Below, piece after piece: positions 62,832-64,000 of a stretch of 64,000 nt of DNA. Where the stretch lies: the NCBI GenBank assembly GCA_964518405.1, contig CAZFGB010000044.1, forward strand, positions 14,862-78,861, read 5' to 3'. The notes below the pieces were generated by a model that was not told where the DNA came from, did not search any database, and saw only the letters and a program-made list of their open reading frames with translations. The position numbers were made by a program, and so were the translations under genes. Position 1 is the first letter of the stretch. Every line of letters begins with the position of its first letter. The stretch is from an uncultured Pseudomonadales bacterium (GTDB lineage: Bacteria; Pseudomonadota; Gammaproteobacteria; Pseudomonadales; Azotimanducaceae).

Positions 62832-64000
62832 GTGAGTGACGATCCCTATACCATCCGCGCCGGCGAAACGCTGGCGCCGCCCGCGACGCTCAGGGGTCGG
62901 CTCAAGAGGCTGGGTCCGGGCATCATCGTTTCCGGCTCCATCGTAGGGTCCGGCGAAATCCTGCTCACCGCCGGACTGGGCGCGGCGGCCGGATTCGTCC
63001 TGCTCTGGTGGGTGCTGTTTTCCTGCTGGGTGAAGTCCCTCATCCAGGCGGAACTCGCGCGGTATGTTGTGACGAGCGGGGACACCTACCTGCGGGCGCT
63101 GAATCGCGTGCCGGGGAAGGTGGGACCGGTGGCCTGGCCGCTATGGCTCATCATCTTCGGTTACGTCCCCGGCATTTTCACCGCGGCGGGGATCATCGGC
63201 GGCGCGGGCCAGGGATTGGGGCTGCTGTTGCCGGAAGTGGACGGCGCCTGGGCCACCGTCATCGCCGCCGGCGTAGCCATGCTGGTCCTCGGCACCGGGG
63301 CCTACGGTCGCCTGGAGAAGGTCATGCTCGTTCTGGTCATGAGCTTCACCTTCACCACAATCCTGTCGGCGCTCCTCATGCAGACGACGGAATTTCGCGT
63401 CACCGGCGATGACATCCTGTCCGGCCTGACCTTCGATTTTCCGCTGGAACACGCGGTTCTGGCGCTCGCCATGTACGGCGCCACCGGCGTCGCCGCCAGC
63501 GAGATCGCGGGCTACACCTACTGGTGCGTCGAAAAGGGATATCCGAGTTTCATCGGGGGCGATCGGGACGCGCCGGGCTGGGCGGAGCGCGCCCGGGGCT
63601 GGATCCGGGTGATCCAGACGGACGTGTGGGTGACGCTCGCCATTCTGACCTGCGCGACCCTCGCGTTTTTCTTCCTTGGCGCGGGCGTGCTGCATCCGCA
63701 GGGCCTTGAACCCTCGGGTACGGAAACGATCACCGTGCTCTCCAGCATGTATACGCAGGTGCTCGGTCCATGGTCGTTCTGGCTGTTCAGCTTCGGCGCG
63801 TTCTGCATCCTGTTCTCGACGGTCCTGTCGGGCATCGGCGCCGGCTCGCGCGGCTTTCCCGACCTGCTCGTGACGCTCGGCTTCATCGATCGCCAGAACC
63901 TGGCCCTGCGTCGAAAATGGATCGTCGGCTACGTCATCGCGATGCCGGCGCTGAGCGCCGCGATTTACCTTTCGTTTCAACGCCCGATCTGGCTCATCAT
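62832..64000 (+). CDS. Nramp-related divalent-metal transporter, 3'-truncated by the window end
   Basis: Open frame from the GTG at 62832 to the end of the window. It is not in the ORF track because it has no stop. LGPGIIVSGSIVGSGEILLTAGLGAAAGFVLLWWVLFSCWVKSLIQAELARY... and multiple TM segments. Confidence 0.65.
   Translation, partial: MSDDPYTIRAGETLAPPATLRGRLKRLGPGIIVSGSIVGSGEILLTAGLGAAAGFVLLWWVLFSCWVKSLIQAELARYVVTSGDTYLRALNRVPGKVGPVAWPLWLIIFGYVPGIFTAAGIIGGAGQGLGLLLPEVDGAWATVIAAGVAMLVLGTGAYGRLEKVMLVLVMSFTFTTILSALLMQTTEFRVTGDDILSGLTFDFPLEHAVLALAMYGATGVAASEIAGYTYWCVEKGYPSFIGGDRDAPGWAERARGWIRVIQTDVWVTLAILTCATLAFFFLGAGVLHPQGLEPSGTETITVLSSMYTQVLGPWSFWLFSFGAFCILFSTVLSGIGAGSRGFPDLLVTLGFIDRQNLALRRKWIVGYVIAMPALSAAIYLSFQRPIWLI

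Overview
High-G+C, densely coding chromosomal segment, by synteny most likely from a gammaproteobacterium-like organism. I had no tools, so calls rest on reading the ORF translations and the DNA by eye. No G+C values or database hits were computed. Backbone genes: hicAB at the left edge, waaA, a MacAB-like ABC efflux operon, tRNA-Asn(GTT), argG, amt, dcd-apbC divergent from metG, rnfABCDGE, ybjQ, nth, tRNA-Arg(CCG) and alr. Many catabolic paralogues are interleaved: four luciferase-like monooxygenases, two amidohydrolase-2 proteins, a CoA-transferase, a class-III aminotransferase, an SDR and a FAD oxidase. Items worth a second look: (1) a secreted BCP/PrxQ peroxiredoxin with an in-frame TGA at the peroxidatic Cys and a SECIS-like hairpin, probably a selenoprotein split into two ORFs by the ORF track. 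(2) An A/T-richer type II R-M islet (MT-A70 methylase plus BglII-family endonuclease) whose first, translationally coupled gene is only the Zn-ribbon/HTH N-terminus of an IS1595-type transposase. (3) A Co-type nitrile-hydratase-family operon with an in-frame TAG in beta and a frameshift in alpha, so either a three-subunit enzyme or decay. (4) An A/T-richer islet next to tRNA-Asn with an RBS-sequestering hairpin, a small ORF and a 3-TM protein. (5) A solitary GHKL/MORC-like ATPase with an Ig-like domain. (6) A roughly 10 kb sulfated/pyruvylated glycan cluster inserted between rnfE/ybjQ and nth. It includes a 922-aa sulfotransferase, 7 x 14-aa coiled coil and RgpF-like protein that resembles WbdD/WbbB molecular rulers. 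(7) An atypical TonB-C-terminal protein with coding tandem repeats, a REP-like palindromic element family (one copy translated inside rnfG), and an rnfA that seems to start at CTG directly after the metG stop. No CRISPR array, rRNA, integrase or intact IS was seen.
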